DNA of 64,000 nt from Hamiltosporidium tvaerminnensis FI-OER-3-3. Lineage: Eukaryota > Fungi > Microsporidia. The notes below the pieces were generated by a model. It ran no database searches, was not told the origin of the DNA, and was given only the letters and a program-made list of their open reading frames with translations. Position numbers and translations under genes: made by a program. The stretch lies in contig CM061250.1 of NCBI GenBank assembly GCA_022605425.2, positions 558,001 to 622,000 of the forward strand, read 5' to 3'. Positions 40,621 to 54,342 of this stretch are shown in pieces (position 1 is the first letter of the stretch; each line of letters starts with the position of its first letter).

Positions 40621-41189
40621 TTCATGCAATATATTTACTTATAACATGAATAAATTATTATGGATAGACGTATTTTGTATCATATTTTTTTACTTAAGAT
40701 TTATATTGACTAAAGATTTCAATTAAATTAGAAAACTCGAATATAGCATATTTTGACAAATATACAAACAACATAATTTAAATTATAGACTCTGGATAAA
40801 GAAAGAATTAAACTGGTTTTCTGGTCTTTATATATTCCAGATACCGCATCATTAGTTGAATTCAAGTTATATGATGTTTTTCCTTTATTAGATAATGTAT
40901 TATCCTTCTTTAACTCTCTGTAGTTTCTATTATTTAATGCTCACCTTCGAAATGTTTATAATTTTTAATCTGTTTTTTGTATACAAAAGTAAAATCCGAA
41001 CTAATGCAGTATACGTTTTATATTTTTATCAACTCAATAGATTTTTACTGTTGCGTATATTTTAAGAATTATGTCCTAAATGTATATGTCGGCTTCATAC
41101 AGAAACTCGGCTGTACGCTTTTTACCGTAATTTTACATATGGTTTTGTTTCTAATCTTTCTTTTTTATCAGAAAAATCCCGTTATGTGA

Positions 41190-41880
41190 CTGTTTTATCA
41201 CTTAGATTTTAACTTTCTCTTCATACTTTAAAATATTTCTAGTCTTATGGGATATATTTAATAATATTTTGTCACGATACCGTCCCAGATTATCATATAA
41301 GGAATTATCTTCACACTACAATATAAATAAGACCTAATATATTGCCTAATAGACAATATTTCCATGGTTTTTTAGTTTCAACTATTTGAAGTGAATCTTG
41401 AGAAGTAATTCCTACTACAGTAAGGGCTATCAATTTTTGTTTTTGTCACAAAAAACATATCTAGTTTATTATTCCGAATTCTGACATTAATTTTATTTCG
41501 GTATCAATTCTTTTTCGGTAAACACCCTCTAAAAAATTTCGTGAACTAATTTTCTTAAAAAATTTGAACGATTTTAATTTATATAAATCCATATGAAGTA
41601 CATACTAAGATTTAACAAATTAACTGTACCGTTTAGATTTGTAATAATTAAACTTATTCCACATGATTCTCATAATACCCTATAAATCTATGAGATTATT
41701 TTATAATTTAAACCTTCCTTCTATTATCTACAACTATTTATATTCCTTGTATGTTATATCTCATTGATTGGTAGTTGTTAAGAGTCATTTTTTATACATT
41801 AGTTCTTTTTTTAATATTATATAACTCAGAAGGGAATTCGTATTTTCAACCTCAAAATAATATTTAGCTGGGCTTTTTCT
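41190..41880 (-). mobile_element. Decayed RLE retrotransposon endonuclease region
   Basis: tttgtcacgataccgtccca and ttcaactatttgaagtgaatcttg are near-identical to the copies at 100-230 and 9010-9140. Confidence 0.8.
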
Positions 41881-42066
41881 ATTTTTCTTCCTTTAAATTT
41901 TTAAGAAATTAAAACGAATTAAAAAACGTATTTAAGAAAATAAGAATTGAAATTTAATTTTTAAAAGTTAATCAAGAAGAATAAAAAGTATTTTTTTAAG
42001 GGTTTGATTAAAAACAGAATCTAAAGAATAAATGAGAAATCAATTTTTTAAAAAATAAGGATTTTA

Positions 42067-42528
42067 TTACATCCTTAAACCCTTTCGTGGAACCACTGTA
42101 TGACACTTACCACACTTGTGTTCACTTTCTCTTTCAGACATAAAAATACCAGGACCACAAGAAGGACAATCCTTTCTTAAAACATCACAAGTTCCATCTT
42201 TATTAATCTTAAATTGCATTAGACAACCTAGTTTAGTCTTTTTTCTTGCTTCCTTTACTTTCTTAGGTGTTGTATAATTTTTCTTCTTTTTTTTCTTACC
42301 ACCACCCACCAATTTAAATAAAACAGTTAAAATGCACATTTCTGTAATATTATAGAAGGATAAAGTACTTTCGTTAGAAAGATATCGGTTACAAGAAACA
42401 ATATTTTGTTCTTCAACTGGAATACTTGTACGCTCTTCTATAATTCTTTTTATATCAACTATTTTCATATTATCATTGACAGCTAATACTTCTGTATTTA
42501 AATTTGGTATCGAAACAAATATTTGCAT
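42067..42528 (-). CDS. RPS31: Ubiquitin-like / 40S ribosomal protein eS31 (S27a) fusion
   Basis: 76-aa UBL ending in GG, then GKKKKKKNYTTPKK and the C4 zinc finger CPSCGPGIFM..HKCGKC. Confidence 0.95.
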   Translation of the reverse strand: MQIFVSIPNLNTEVLAVNDNMKIVDIKRIIEERTSIPVEEQNIVSCNRYLSNESTLSFYNITEMCILTVLFKLVGGGKKKKKKNYTTPKKVKEARKKTKLGCLMQFKINKDGTCDVLRKDCPSCGPGIFMSERESEHKCGKCHTVVPRKGLRM

Positions 42529-42739
42529 ATAAAAGGGGTCAAATAAAAAAAATATTTTGTTTTATGAAATTCAAATTTGCATGTAAAGAAGGGAGACATA
42601 AAATATGTCTACTTTTATAAAATATGTTTTTAAGGATTGGTTTGAATGTTTAAAAAATTTAAAAGTATTTTATCAGCCCCAGTAGAAAAAAAGGCATAAA
42701 AGTGAGAAAATGTTTTTTCAACCAAGAAATTTATGAAAT

Positions 42740-43440
42740 ATATTTTAACAGCCCTTGGATGTAGAGGTTTGTAGTTATTTTTATTTCTCGAAATAACTAT
42801 AAGCTTAAGATATTAAAACAAATAAAGAGCCACTCAATTTAAGGTATTCTTGATAACAAATGTACGGAAATATGAGTAGACAAAATAATAAAAACTGATG
42901 TCAAAATTCGGAATAATAGACCTGATATATTTATTTTAGACAAGAGTAAAAATAAGTTAACATTACATGAAATGGGAAATTACCTCCCAATACTCATTAC
43001 AAATATTTGAAACTAAGTGAATTAGGAAGTATGATCCTATTAAAAAACAAATAACCTATATAATATTTTTAGTGTAAATTTTTTTTTTGATAACTTAAGA
43101 TTGTAGAATAATAAATTGCGATAAAATGTACTTAAAACGCTTAAAATATCAATAATAATAGATGTATATATCAGTCGAAAGTGCTTGAAAAAAATTAAAA
43201 TAATTTATTTCGATTTAAGACGAGGAATGAAATTAAGGTTAAATGCTGATGTGCCTTTTGAAAGATGATCACTGAACTATTAAATAAAATGGAAATGTAA
43301 AAAATTTATACTTCAAATAATTGACAGCAACTAGAGGTTATCTGTTACGCAAATAAATATTTAAATTATTGAAACTAAAATTTTGAAGAAAATGACATTA
43401 ATCAAAACAGGGGATTAAAAAAAGTTAAAACTTTTGAATA
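42740..43440 (+). mobile_element. Decayed RLE retrotransposon 3' region
   Basis: agagccactca, aataaaaactgatgtcaaaattcggaataatagacctgatat (IKTDVKIRNNRPD), aggaagtatgatc (RKYD). Confidence 0.82.
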
Positions 43441-43585
43441 TAAAAACTTTAAATAGAAAATATAAATGAAAAAATGAAACAAGTAAAATACAAATTAATG
43501 TGTCCGTTGAATGAATTTAATTTTCAAAAAAATACGATTCCTTTACTTTTGAAATAATATAAAAATAGTTTCAAATACACATACT

Positions 43586-46004
43586 TTAGGACAAATTTCT
43601 AAACACATAAGACTTTCTAAAATAAAAATAATTTATCTCAGAAATCTTTGTTAAAACATATATTTCGCATATAATGAGATTCATGCCAGATAAGATTTCC
43701 AAATATTTTTTAATATTTTCATCCATAAAAATAGCAGCTATCTCAAAAATTTTTAGCGTTTGAAAATTTAGAATCGATAGAAGTTCTAAATAAAAATATT
43801 TATCGGATATAATTTTAAGTTTAAATAACGTTTTCTTTATATTTGATTGTAGTATTTTTTCTAAAAATTTTAAATTAAGATCGTTCCTTTGAATACTTAA
43901 ATCCAAAGAAGAAAGTATCTTGAAAGTGGTGAATATATCTACATCATTTGAATATAAGCATTCGACATTATAAACAAGCGATTCTATACATCTCAAATCA
44001 AAGAAAAACGAAATAACATGTAAAATGCTAAATCCAACTCTATTCAAGAAATCGAAATCCTTTTTATAGCTAAAGGAAATCAAACGAGGTAAATTTAAAT
44101 TTTGTTTAGCCGATTCAACGTTTTCATAATCTAACAGTTTATCTATTGAAACAAAAATTTCTCCCTCGCAGCAAAATTCGATAGAAAATTCAAAGCAAAG
44201 ATGCTTTAAATTTTGGAATTTCATGATAAAGAAAAAGAAATTACCATTTAAGGAGTTTACTAAATTAAAGAAGCCAACATGAAGCACGGATGCATTCGAA
44301 AAATTCCACATTTGGTGATTTATTTCATTACAAAATTCAAAAAGACTAAATAAAATAGAAATAAGTTTTTGATGCTTCAGAATAACGGTTAAAAGCTGAT
44401 CAGTTAATTTGATATTAGAAAAATATAAATATTTCAAATTTGTAAATGACAATAGAAACTCATAGTTATTCAAATAGTTGAATTTTGAATTTTCAAATTC
44501 TATTTTTAAACGCGATATAAGATTACATTGAAATATTTTTGAGAAATTTGTAAGAGTATAATTTACTTTAAAAATATTTAAATCAATACCCGTTAAATAC
44601 GGATAAAAATTATATGTACAAAAATTTTCCAACATATTTTCAGAATCATCTATAATTATTTCCTCTGATAAATCAACGTATATATTATTATTCTTTCCTA
44701 ATAATGAAACAGAGGCAGCTTTTGATTGTACATCAATAAATTTACATAAAATTATTTTTAAAATTTTTATGAGTTTTAATTCTTCTATCTTCTCTAGATT
44801 TATAATATCATTATAAGGTATTTCTTGAAGAACTAATGTAAGTTTTTCTACATTCTTAAAATATTCAATTTTCTCAAAAATCAATCTTGAGAACGGAGCG
44901 AATGAAATTTTAAACTTTTTTATTGTATCAAAATAACCATATTTGCGTAATGTATCTAATATTTGAACCTCACCTTCCCAAATTATTAATGAAAATTTTT
45001 TAAACTTTTGTGGTAATGAAGATATCAAGGTGTCTATGTTCATATTTTGTCGGAATAGAAGAAAATTTATGTGCAACTTTTCAATATAAAAAATTTTGAT
45101 CAGTATATTCCATATTTTTCGAAAATTTGAATTCAATAAATAGTTATACCAATATAAAATATAGTGTAATTTTATAAATTGCATAGTTACAATTTTTTTA
45201 TCTTTCTTCCATTCTTTATGAAAGGATATTGAATCTGAAAATTCTGTTGGGTGATATTGATGAAATGTTTCATAAAGAAAATGTTTTTTTTATTAAATTG
45301 AATTTGCAAAAACATTCAATAATGTCACGGATATGTGCATTGTCATATTCTTTTGTATTTAAAGATAATTTCGATGTCTCTTTTAAAAAATTTTTAGTAT
45401 TAAACATTATTGCACTGAAAACCAGCTCTTTAATAAATGTTTTATAATTTCTGTCTCTTTTTACTCTAAAAATTTTTAGATATTTTAAAATTTCAAGAAA
45501 TATATCTGATTTCGTTTTAAAAACGCTATCCTTAAACTTTAAAAGTTTAGTAAAATATATTAAATTACCCAAATCTTTTTCTTTTGCAAATATTTCAATG
45601 TGTTTTTTTTCTTCACAAATTATTTCATTTAAAAATTCGAATTCAAGAGAAATTTCATCTGGATATAAAATTTCCAATTCGCATTTTTGCGAATTAAAAG
45701 CCACTGGTTTAAAAACTTCTTCTGAATTGTAACAATTGATCAAGCAACATGTTTTCATACATAAAAAATATCTATTCTCTCCAAAAATTATAGCCTTGCT
45801 ATGAATATCTTCATCTATCTCTATAAACTTTACATTTATACTGCATAATAGATTTTTTGCATAAATCATCACAATTACACTATATTTGATACTTCTTGTA
45901 ATACAACGGCAATTATATGAGATAAATACTAAATAAATGAGCAACATGCTTAAATTAAATATCTTTGTAATTTTTTTATTATCTCTAATATATATGATCC
46001 GCAT
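43586..46004 (-). CDS. LRR-like protein split by a 1-nt frameshift in an A8 run (about 805 aa if restored)
   Basis: ORFs 45270..46004 and 43586..45184 join if one T is removed from T8 at 45284-45291 (..IKK HFLYETFHQYHPTEFSDSISFHKEWKKDKKIVT MQF..). Same architecture as 37433..39802. Confidence 0.75.
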
Positions 46005-46199
46005 TTTCTTTGTTAAAAGGATTCATTAAAATACTAAATACGAATATTAAAAAAATAGATTAATACTTGAAAATTTTTAATTTATCTATTTAATTTATTT
46101 TATCATATATTAATTGCATTGTAACGAATAAAATAAAAATGGTGGCATTAAAATATAATAAGAACTTCAAACGCATCGGCTAATGTCAATACAGAGCCA

Positions 46200-46960
46200 C
46201 ACGTGATACAAAAATCTAGGAAACTGTCACCGACAAATGTCTTGGCTCATACCTCTTGCCGCAAACAAAGCATCTATCACCAACCCAAACTTGCAAAAAC
46301 ATATAAATCCAGGCCAAAGACCGTTCTCGTATTATGCTATACTCTTGCTTCGAATGAAGCCTCGAGCGTGTGAACCATCAAATAGTATTGAAATCCAGTA
46401 TATTAGCTATTTCTAAAGTTAAAGGGTTAATAGCACAGCGGAAAATACAAGAATATGTAACGCCGACCGGCAAGAAAGACCCAAATTTTATTTTTTTCAG
46501 AACAGTGGGCATGGAAGACTTCCCTAAAATATCGACCTGAGCTTCACAGGCACTAAAATTAGAAATTGCATGTGCCTTAACGCAATAAGCAAGGAAAGAA
46601 CTTAGCAAAAAAACGCGGTAGAAAATAAGTAAAAAAACAAAAAATATTGAAGCACGAAGAATCGCAACTTGACTCGCTGAGCCCCATTTCCTGACCGAAT
46701 CTATATAATACATTAACTCAATAGAAAGGTTTAACTAAATCAAAGAACTTTCGGAGAAAAAAAATAATTCATGGTTTTCCGAACTTGATACCAGCAAACC
46801 GAATCCGTAGATAAAAAACGTAATAATTCAAAGGTTACATTTCAAAGTAATCAGATTTAGATGCAGCCAAATAAATTACGGACGTAATTCAAGCATACAA
46901 GCTGCACACACATTTTATGACCAGAAACACTTAAAAAGCCTAGATTTGCTTTGAAAGAAA
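46200..46960 (+). mobile_element. Decayed RLE retrotransposon 5'/N-terminal region
   Basis: cgaagaatcgcaacttgactcgctgagccc (RRIATCLAEP) and caagctgcacacacattttatga (QTAQVCYD). Confidence 0.65.
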
Positions 46961-49900
46961 TGAAAACGAAATTTGTAAGCACTTAATTCCTCTATATTTT
47001 CAATATAACCAACTAGAAGAGAGAAGTTTACTATGCCGAACTAATTAGTCTTTGTACAATCAGGCGTTAATTTAATTTAAAAAGACCGTTGAAATATTTC
47101 CTTTCATGGCTAGTAAATTAATATGTCTTTAAATGTTATCAAAAATCACTATTTAAAAATTACTTAATTTTGAAAAAAAACATCTTTTGGCTTTTGGTGG
47201 CCTATTATATCTTGAATCATCTGGAATGCTTAGTTTAAACATAAATAAAATCGGCTGGGAATTGAAAATATTAGTTTTGGATCAGAAAAAAACATAAGGA
47301 AATATACATTAAATGTTAATAAAATTAAACGAGATCACTTTTAGACCACGTTTCCCTCATTTGATTCTTTTAAATATTATTATGCTCTCTAACCGGAAAC
47401 TCGCTATAATTAATGGCATTTATTATAGCTTCATCACTTAAATTACAACTATAAATCCAAATATTAATTATATGGTAGAAGTTATGGTTTTAAAAGTAGA
47501 CCCAGAGTACCCTGTTCCATCGCAGATATTTGTATTTGCTTTCAAAAGTCTTTCAGGAAAAATCTTCAGCAAAAAATTTAAACTAAAGTCTCATTCTATG
47601 TATTTTCCACATATTTAGGATAACTACGAAGTAAAAATAAAGATCGTTCAACTGAAAACTAAATTGCTAAACTGGCTTAAAAATTTAAAGACTTAAGGGT
47701 GCGTAAAAAGCAAAAAAGGCGAATTATGTCAAACATTTTCTTTTAAAAAATAGTATAGCGATATAAAAGACAAGTTTATTGATTTCACAAAGGTAAGCGA
47801 CGGTTTCAGAAATTTGTATTAGACTCGGTGTATTAAAAATTCCAATCTACCGGTTTGAATTTGAACTTTATTGAGGTAAATATAAAAAATTTTTAAATTT
47901 ATATTGCAGCGTAAAAGCAACATGAGAAAAGGAGTAAAAGAAGAATTTGCAGAGAAAATGTTTTCTTTCTCCTGTTTTTGTGTTATAGAAAAAAATCTTT
48001 AGCTTAAGCTCAAAATAAAAAATTGAATATGACAATACATGTGAAAACAAGTTTCCCGCATATCCAATACATATTTTCAATATATTACCCGATGGGTCTT
48101 GCTATTTATCCTAGTATAAGGTTAATGGCAGATTATTTATAATCTTTATTGCCAAAATAGACCTTGAGACCAATAAATAGATTTTTACTACAGTGAAACA
48201 TGCTGCGAAAGAAATCGTTAATCTTTTAAAAGAATTCGGCTTCTAAAAATATTTAGAATAGTAGAATAGTAGAATATAACAATAGAAACGTAATAAGAAC
48301 TAAATTTATGGAAGTAAAACAGATAACGATACTTAGATTTGATTTTTTTTATATTAAAATTAATCCGCTGAATATATTTAATTCGTTTATGCACATGTTA
48401 TATTATAAATCAATAAAATGTGGAGATATTTTTACCCGAGCAGGCTGGTTTTTTAAATTAGATGATGTGAAGCGTACAGTTTCTGTCATTAATGATGTAA
48501 AGCCCTAGCGTAATGTAAAAGCACCATTTTTTTACCTATATTTAAACCGAATGGCCTGCCATTTGTTGAAGTTTATGCTAATCTATTATTTTGTCTCTAT
48601 TAAAAGTTCTCAAAAAAAAAATAAGAAATATCTTTCAAAAGAGTAGACTTCTCACATCTGAAATGATAATAAACCGCATCTTGCACTAAAAGAAGTTTAA
48701 TCTGGAAAATATAGGTCAGAAGAAGAAATCACAAAATAAATTCAAAAAAGCTAAATTAAAAAATTAAATTTAAAGTTTGCCATCTTTGAACCAATAAGTC
48801 AGTTCATTTTAATTATTGCATCAAATAGTTTTTAATGGCATATAAAGCCACAGTTCTAAGTGATTTCCATTACATTCGGAATTTAAATTAAATTTAAAGC
48901 ACGGAAAGAAAAGCTAACAATCTGAACTCTTAAAAATTCGCTAAAAGCTTTTGGCAAATGGAGCAAAAAAATGCTTCGGTATCTATATCTTGAATTATAT
49001 TTAAGCTGTTTGGCGTATATTTACTGGTTTGAGAATGATATAAATTCGAGTCTTCGAAATGAATTACAAGGCACTTTATTATAGAAATCTTAAATATTGT
49101 TTGTAGAAACAAAAAGAGACCCAGAATCAAAATTTATATGGAATTTGAAATATTAGGCTGAATACATTCATTTAGAAATAAATTAAAAAGTAGGCACCTA
49201 TTGAGATGTAATTGTTCCACGGGATTCGCTTAAATTCTTAAAAAGAAAAGCTAAGGAACTTTGACTTTTTTGCAAATAAGCCAGTTTTATTTATAAGTTA
49301 AATATGAGATAATTCTATTTGGCATGAACAGGGATGCTATCGCAACTAAATATTATCCATCTACCATAAAAGTTACAAAAAGCAGTAAAATTCAGGCTTA
49401 TATTCGATTTCCACAAACAAAAAAAATGGTCGAATCAATTACTTTGATTGACAAGAAGATTTTAGGTCAAGACCAAATATCGATGAGAGCCGGGAAAAGT
49501 ATCGTTGTATATCATACTGGGTGCAGATGAATACGATCAATCTTTAAACAACTAAATGTACGTGCCAACGAGCGAGAAATATTTCACCAGGAAAAGTACC
49601 AAAAGTAACAACCTTAAAATCAAGATAAACTACCGAAATCAAAGCTATGACTCAAAACATGTAAAAAACGTCAAAAAAAAGACGAATCAAATAACTGCAA
49701 TAAGGTACAATAAAACAAGCAGGAAATATAAGTCGGTGGTTAATAAAAAAAATTTTAAAATTCAAAAATAAAATAATTTTTTTTCCCAAAAAATTGAATA
49801 ACAACATTAGAATAGAATTCTAAAAAAAAATTATAAATAAATTTTAATTTGTAAAAATATTTATTTCTATCAAATAAATCCAATACAATTACATTGGTTT

Positions 49901-49972
49901 TAAAAATAATTTTTCATTATAGAAGTTAATTCATAAAAAAATATTTACCCGTAGATTTTAACAAATAAAAAA

Positions 49973-51190
49973 ATGCAAAAGTACGATATCGGAGAAACAG
50001 TTTCAGTTGGTTCCACAGGAATAGTAAAAAAAACTAAAAATATGAATTTTGCAATAAAAATATTAACAAAAACAGATAAGAACAAAAAAGATGTTATGAA
50101 AGAAATTAAAATACATAAATCACTCGACCACAAAAATATAATTAAATTTATTGAAGACATAGAAGACGAAACATCTTATTATCTTGTCATGGATTTAGCA
50201 AAAAACGAACTTTTTGATTTTATAGAACCGGACATAGGAATGGACCTCACTTTGATACATTTCTATTTCAAACAACTCATAGCTGCTATTTCATACTTAC
50301 ATACTAAAGGAATCTGTCATAGGGACATCAAACCAGAAAATATTTTATTGGACAATAACGGTAACTTACAATTGAGTGATTTTGGATTTTCAACACTTTT
50401 TATTCATAAAAAAGAAAGAAGAAGACTTTTCACCATATTAGGCAGTTATACATACATGGCACCAGAAATTTTAAATGGAAGTTACGAAGGTGACTTGGTA
50501 GATATATGGTCAGCAGGAATGGTACTTCTTGTAATGTCTAGTGGTGTCACTCCTTGGGAAAAACCTTCAACAGACGACAAAAAATTTGATGCGTACATAA
50601 AAACCAAATTTCTAAATTATTCACCTTTTATATCTCTAAACACAGAAGTTTTAAAAATTTTTAAACAAATGTGTTTCATTGATGAAAAACAAAGAATTTC
50701 GTTGAAATCTTTAAAAAATATACCTTGGTTTTCCAAAAGAAGCAATCTTATGGATGAAAACGGATTATGTGCCAATAAGGAAATGCTTTATCAAATACTT
50801 TATAAAGATAAAATTGCCCCTCCATTTTCACAACCCGAAAAATTTAAAGGATTCACCGATAAATTTATTTCTTCTCAACCAGTTTGTAATACCTTTGATC
50901 TCCCAATGATGAAAAGAATATATTTAGAAGAAAGTATAAATTCCGCCATGCCTAAAGTCATCAAACTTTTTGAATCAATGATAGTTCCCTACGAATTAGA
51001 TAAAATTGGTATTACTTTTAATACGGTTGATAGTAAAAGAAACACGTTGAGTGGAAGTGTTAGTTTTATAAAAATGATGGATTTTGTTTGTATCTCTTTT
51101 ACTAGATTGAGAGGCGACTGTATTGAGTTTAAAAAATTCTTTAATTTTATATCTGAAAAGCTAAGTATTGATAATTCTGGTTTAAGATAA
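49973..51190 (+). CDS. CHK1: Checkpoint kinase Chk1
   Basis: HRDIKPEN, DFG, YMAPE, ELFDFIEPDIG, SQ motifs (FSQP, SSQP) and KA1-like C-terminus (TVDSKRNTL..F.RLRGDCIEFKKFF). Confidence 0.9.
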   Translation: MQKYDIGETVSVGSTGIVKKTKNMNFAIKILTKTDKNKKDVMKEIKIHKSLDHKNIIKFIEDIEDETSYYLVMDLAKNELFDFIEPDIGMDLTLIHFYFKQLIAAISYLHTKGICHRDIKPENILLDNNGNLQLSDFGFSTLFIHKKERRRLFTILGSYTYMAPEILNGSYEGDLVDIWSAGMVLLVMSSGVTPWEKPSTDDKKFDAYIKTKFLNYSPFISLNTEVLKIFKQMCFIDEKQRISLKSLKNIPWFSKRSNLMDENGLCANKEMLYQILYKDKIAPPFSQPEKFKGFTDKFISSQPVCNTFDLPMMKRIYLEESINSAMPKVIKLFESMIVPYELDKIGITFNTVDSKRNTLSGSVSFIKMMDFVCISFTRLRGDCIEFKKFFNFISEKLSIDNSGLR

Positions 51191-54100
51191 CCGTTTCTAA
51201 TTAAAAAAAATAATTTCTAATTTTCTATTCTTTAAAATTAATAAACCGTGTTTCTATTAAATATGTTTTTATTTCGAACATATTATATGTTATAATTTGA
51301 GTTTTAAAAGTAAATTTTTATATTTTAATATATCGTAATTGGTAGATCTTCGATTAAAAATCTTTAAAATGAAATTTAAATAAAAATTTAGAAACATTTT
51401 ACAAAATAAATGTAACCATTATAAACCTAAAAAAAAACGAATTAAAAGAATGATTTCGAGTTAATTAAAAATATCTACTGATAGATCATCCTGGGATGTC
51501 TTTAAGAATGTATTTATTATTTTTTAAAGACATTCCTAAAAATATGAGAAGAAAATAAAATCGAGTTTTTTTAATTTTCATAAAATAAATTTTTAAATAT
51601 AAAATGTATAAATATATGTAAAATAAGATTGTACACACATTAAACAGATGTTTAAATTGATTTACAACGCCTAGGTCTCTAAAAAATAATCTTCCCAGAT
51701 ATAAATCAGAATACAACAATTTATCAGTTTTATATTTTAAAATAGAATTATAATTAATTATTCTAACCCGTAAAAAATAAATTGATCAGGTGATTCATTT
51801 AATATTCGTTTACAATAAATAAAACTTAATTTTTATACGTTTAACATGATTATAACAAACAATATATCTTATTTATTAGATTTATTACTAAAAATGATAA
51901 TATAAATTATTTTAAAAACACAATCAAAATAAAACAAGTTAATACCGAAATAGATCATTAATTAATTTGTCCAAAATTCTTAAAGTAGCATTTTAGTGTT
52001 TTGTATAAATCAAAATTAAATTAAAATGTATTTTAATTCTTCACCTAATCTATTGTTTCAGAAGCTTTCGATTTAAAATATTATTTAAATATCTTTTTAA
52101 TTCTCCTTTTTAAAATATAAACAGTTGTATTTTTATAGAGGAAATCTAATAGAATTTTCGAATAAATCCATCAAATGAATTTATAAGTTGGAGTAGGAAA
52201 ATAGCAAAAAAACTCAAAATCATTTTTTTATAACTTTTAAACCATCTTTTAAATAAATCATGTATTACAAGACTGTGAAACTACAATTTTTAAAAAATTT
52301 TAAGTTTCTTTAAAACAAAATACAGAAAAAATCTTAGATGTTGAGATAATTTTTGCATCTCTTTTATTGCATACATAGTTGGTGTTATTTAAGACTCAAT
52401 GATAGATATATAAACACTACCAAAAAATATTAAAATAAATCAGACTGTTCCATCTGACAATTAAGCTATGAATAAAAAATAAAACGAAAATTGTTTATAC
52501 CAGTGCTAAGTTAATCATTAAATTTTTTATTAAAATTTAGACAAAAGGTTATAAAAAATTCTTGTGAAATCTAAATTTAAATGAGTTATTGATGTAACAA
52601 AACATAATTTCTTATGTATAACTATATATCCGTATGCTTTAGATTAAAAAAACAATATTTGTTCTCAATATTTTTAAATCTCGCTATGAAATACAACTAT
52701 AATTTTAATAAAAAATAAATCATTAGATGGTTTACTCATTTAACTGAATTGTATTTTATTTTTATAGATGAGGTTAATCTAATATGATATATCTAATTTT
52801 AGAATAATAGAATATACCTTTAAAATTACAACATTATTATAAGGAAATGATCCAGAATAAAATAATTTATAAAAATATTTTAACGTACTTCTAAATCTCT
52901 AATAATTACAGTTTTCTTTACTTTATTACTTTCCCGCTTAATTTTTATCTTCATGAGCTCATAACTCATAATTGAATTTTTTGAACTTAATTTGAATTCA
53001 AACTAATTATCCAGAATATTGTTTAATGTTGTAATCTTTTTTTTTCATGACACTTTTTAATTTTTACCATGTAAAAGCAGTATAAGATCCAAGGCGATCT
53101 ATTCTTTTCGTATTACATTCATATATAGCCTTAAATTAACTAGCTAGGTTGATGGTTCTTCGATTAAATCATATTTTAATTCAAAAAACAAATTCCAGTT
53201 TAAGTAATAAAGAACAGATAAATTTCTCTATCTATTTAAATTAGGTAATATAGGATATATCATCGTACAGTATTCTGTCGCAATACAGAAAAAGTACTAA
53301 TACTGGATATATCTTCATTATATCTATTTATAAAAAATATACATCCTGTTTTTTAAAATAGTCTTAACGCTTATTTTTTATAGTTTGAACTAGTTAAAAA
53401 AGAGCTTTAAACGATATCCGAGATCAAAGTTCAACATATATTTAAACATTTAATATACTATCTTGAGTTATTTTCTTAAACAATTAGTTCAGTTTTTAGT
53501 ACCAATTTCATTCGAATATTCTATACTGTTTTTAAATACTCAATCTAGAATACATTAACAGAATGACACTAAGCTCGTTTTGAATAGAGGAATTCTTATA
53601 ATAAGAAAAGCGAAGTTTTCTTCGGTGTATGAAATCACGCGCGCAAATATTTTCATGTTAATTCTTGGGTCTGATTTCTTCAAAGTTTAACTATCATTTT
53701 GAATTATTTACTTCCTTAATCGGTTTATAAATATATTTCTATCATTCATATAGCGAAATAATGTTTCGAATTATGATTTTATGTTGGATCGTTGTGCTAT
53801 TGCTAATTATTATTTTATCTAAAAAAAACTCTTCGTTTTATGCATCACTGTGCTCAAATTTAAATATACTTTCAATCTACCAGGGATTTATATTTCATAA
53901 AAATCCTTTAGTTATATTGATACGTATGCGTTTAACAATATCCTGGTTCTAAGTGTTTTTAACACAAGAAAGACCGTTTTTTTATTTTATTGTGACAAAC
54001 AACACAGATACTTTTTTTGCAAATCAATTATAGATTAGATTTGTTTACGAATATTATATTCAGCGGAAAGAAAAAAATCAAATGTAGATGAAAAGATTTC

Positions 54101-54342
54101 ATTTTCTTGGTTCAATATTAACGCAAATAATTTTCTTTATGAGAATAAAATTTTACTAAGAAAATGATTGTGTATATTTGTGAAAAATTCCTGGTGAACT
54201 TCTTTTCTATAAATTTTCGTGCAATATAATGAAGTCAAATAATTATTATAGTTTTACTGGCTATAAAGTTTGTGGGAAAAACATGTTTTATATCGAAAAA
54301 AAAACGAATAAGTAGATGTAAAAATTATAATAATAAATTTTT

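Noticed and set aside
47300-49780. Possible decayed LTR-retrotransposon or other coding remnant
   Set aside because: Slightly raised complexity, but I could not identify RT, RNase H or integrase motifs or LTRs; needs BLASTX.
51200-54300. Short ORFs (51486..51719, 53761..53952) and other 60-90-aa F/I/L/K-rich ORFs across the window
   Set aside because: Composition expected from random AT-rich sequence; no motifs.
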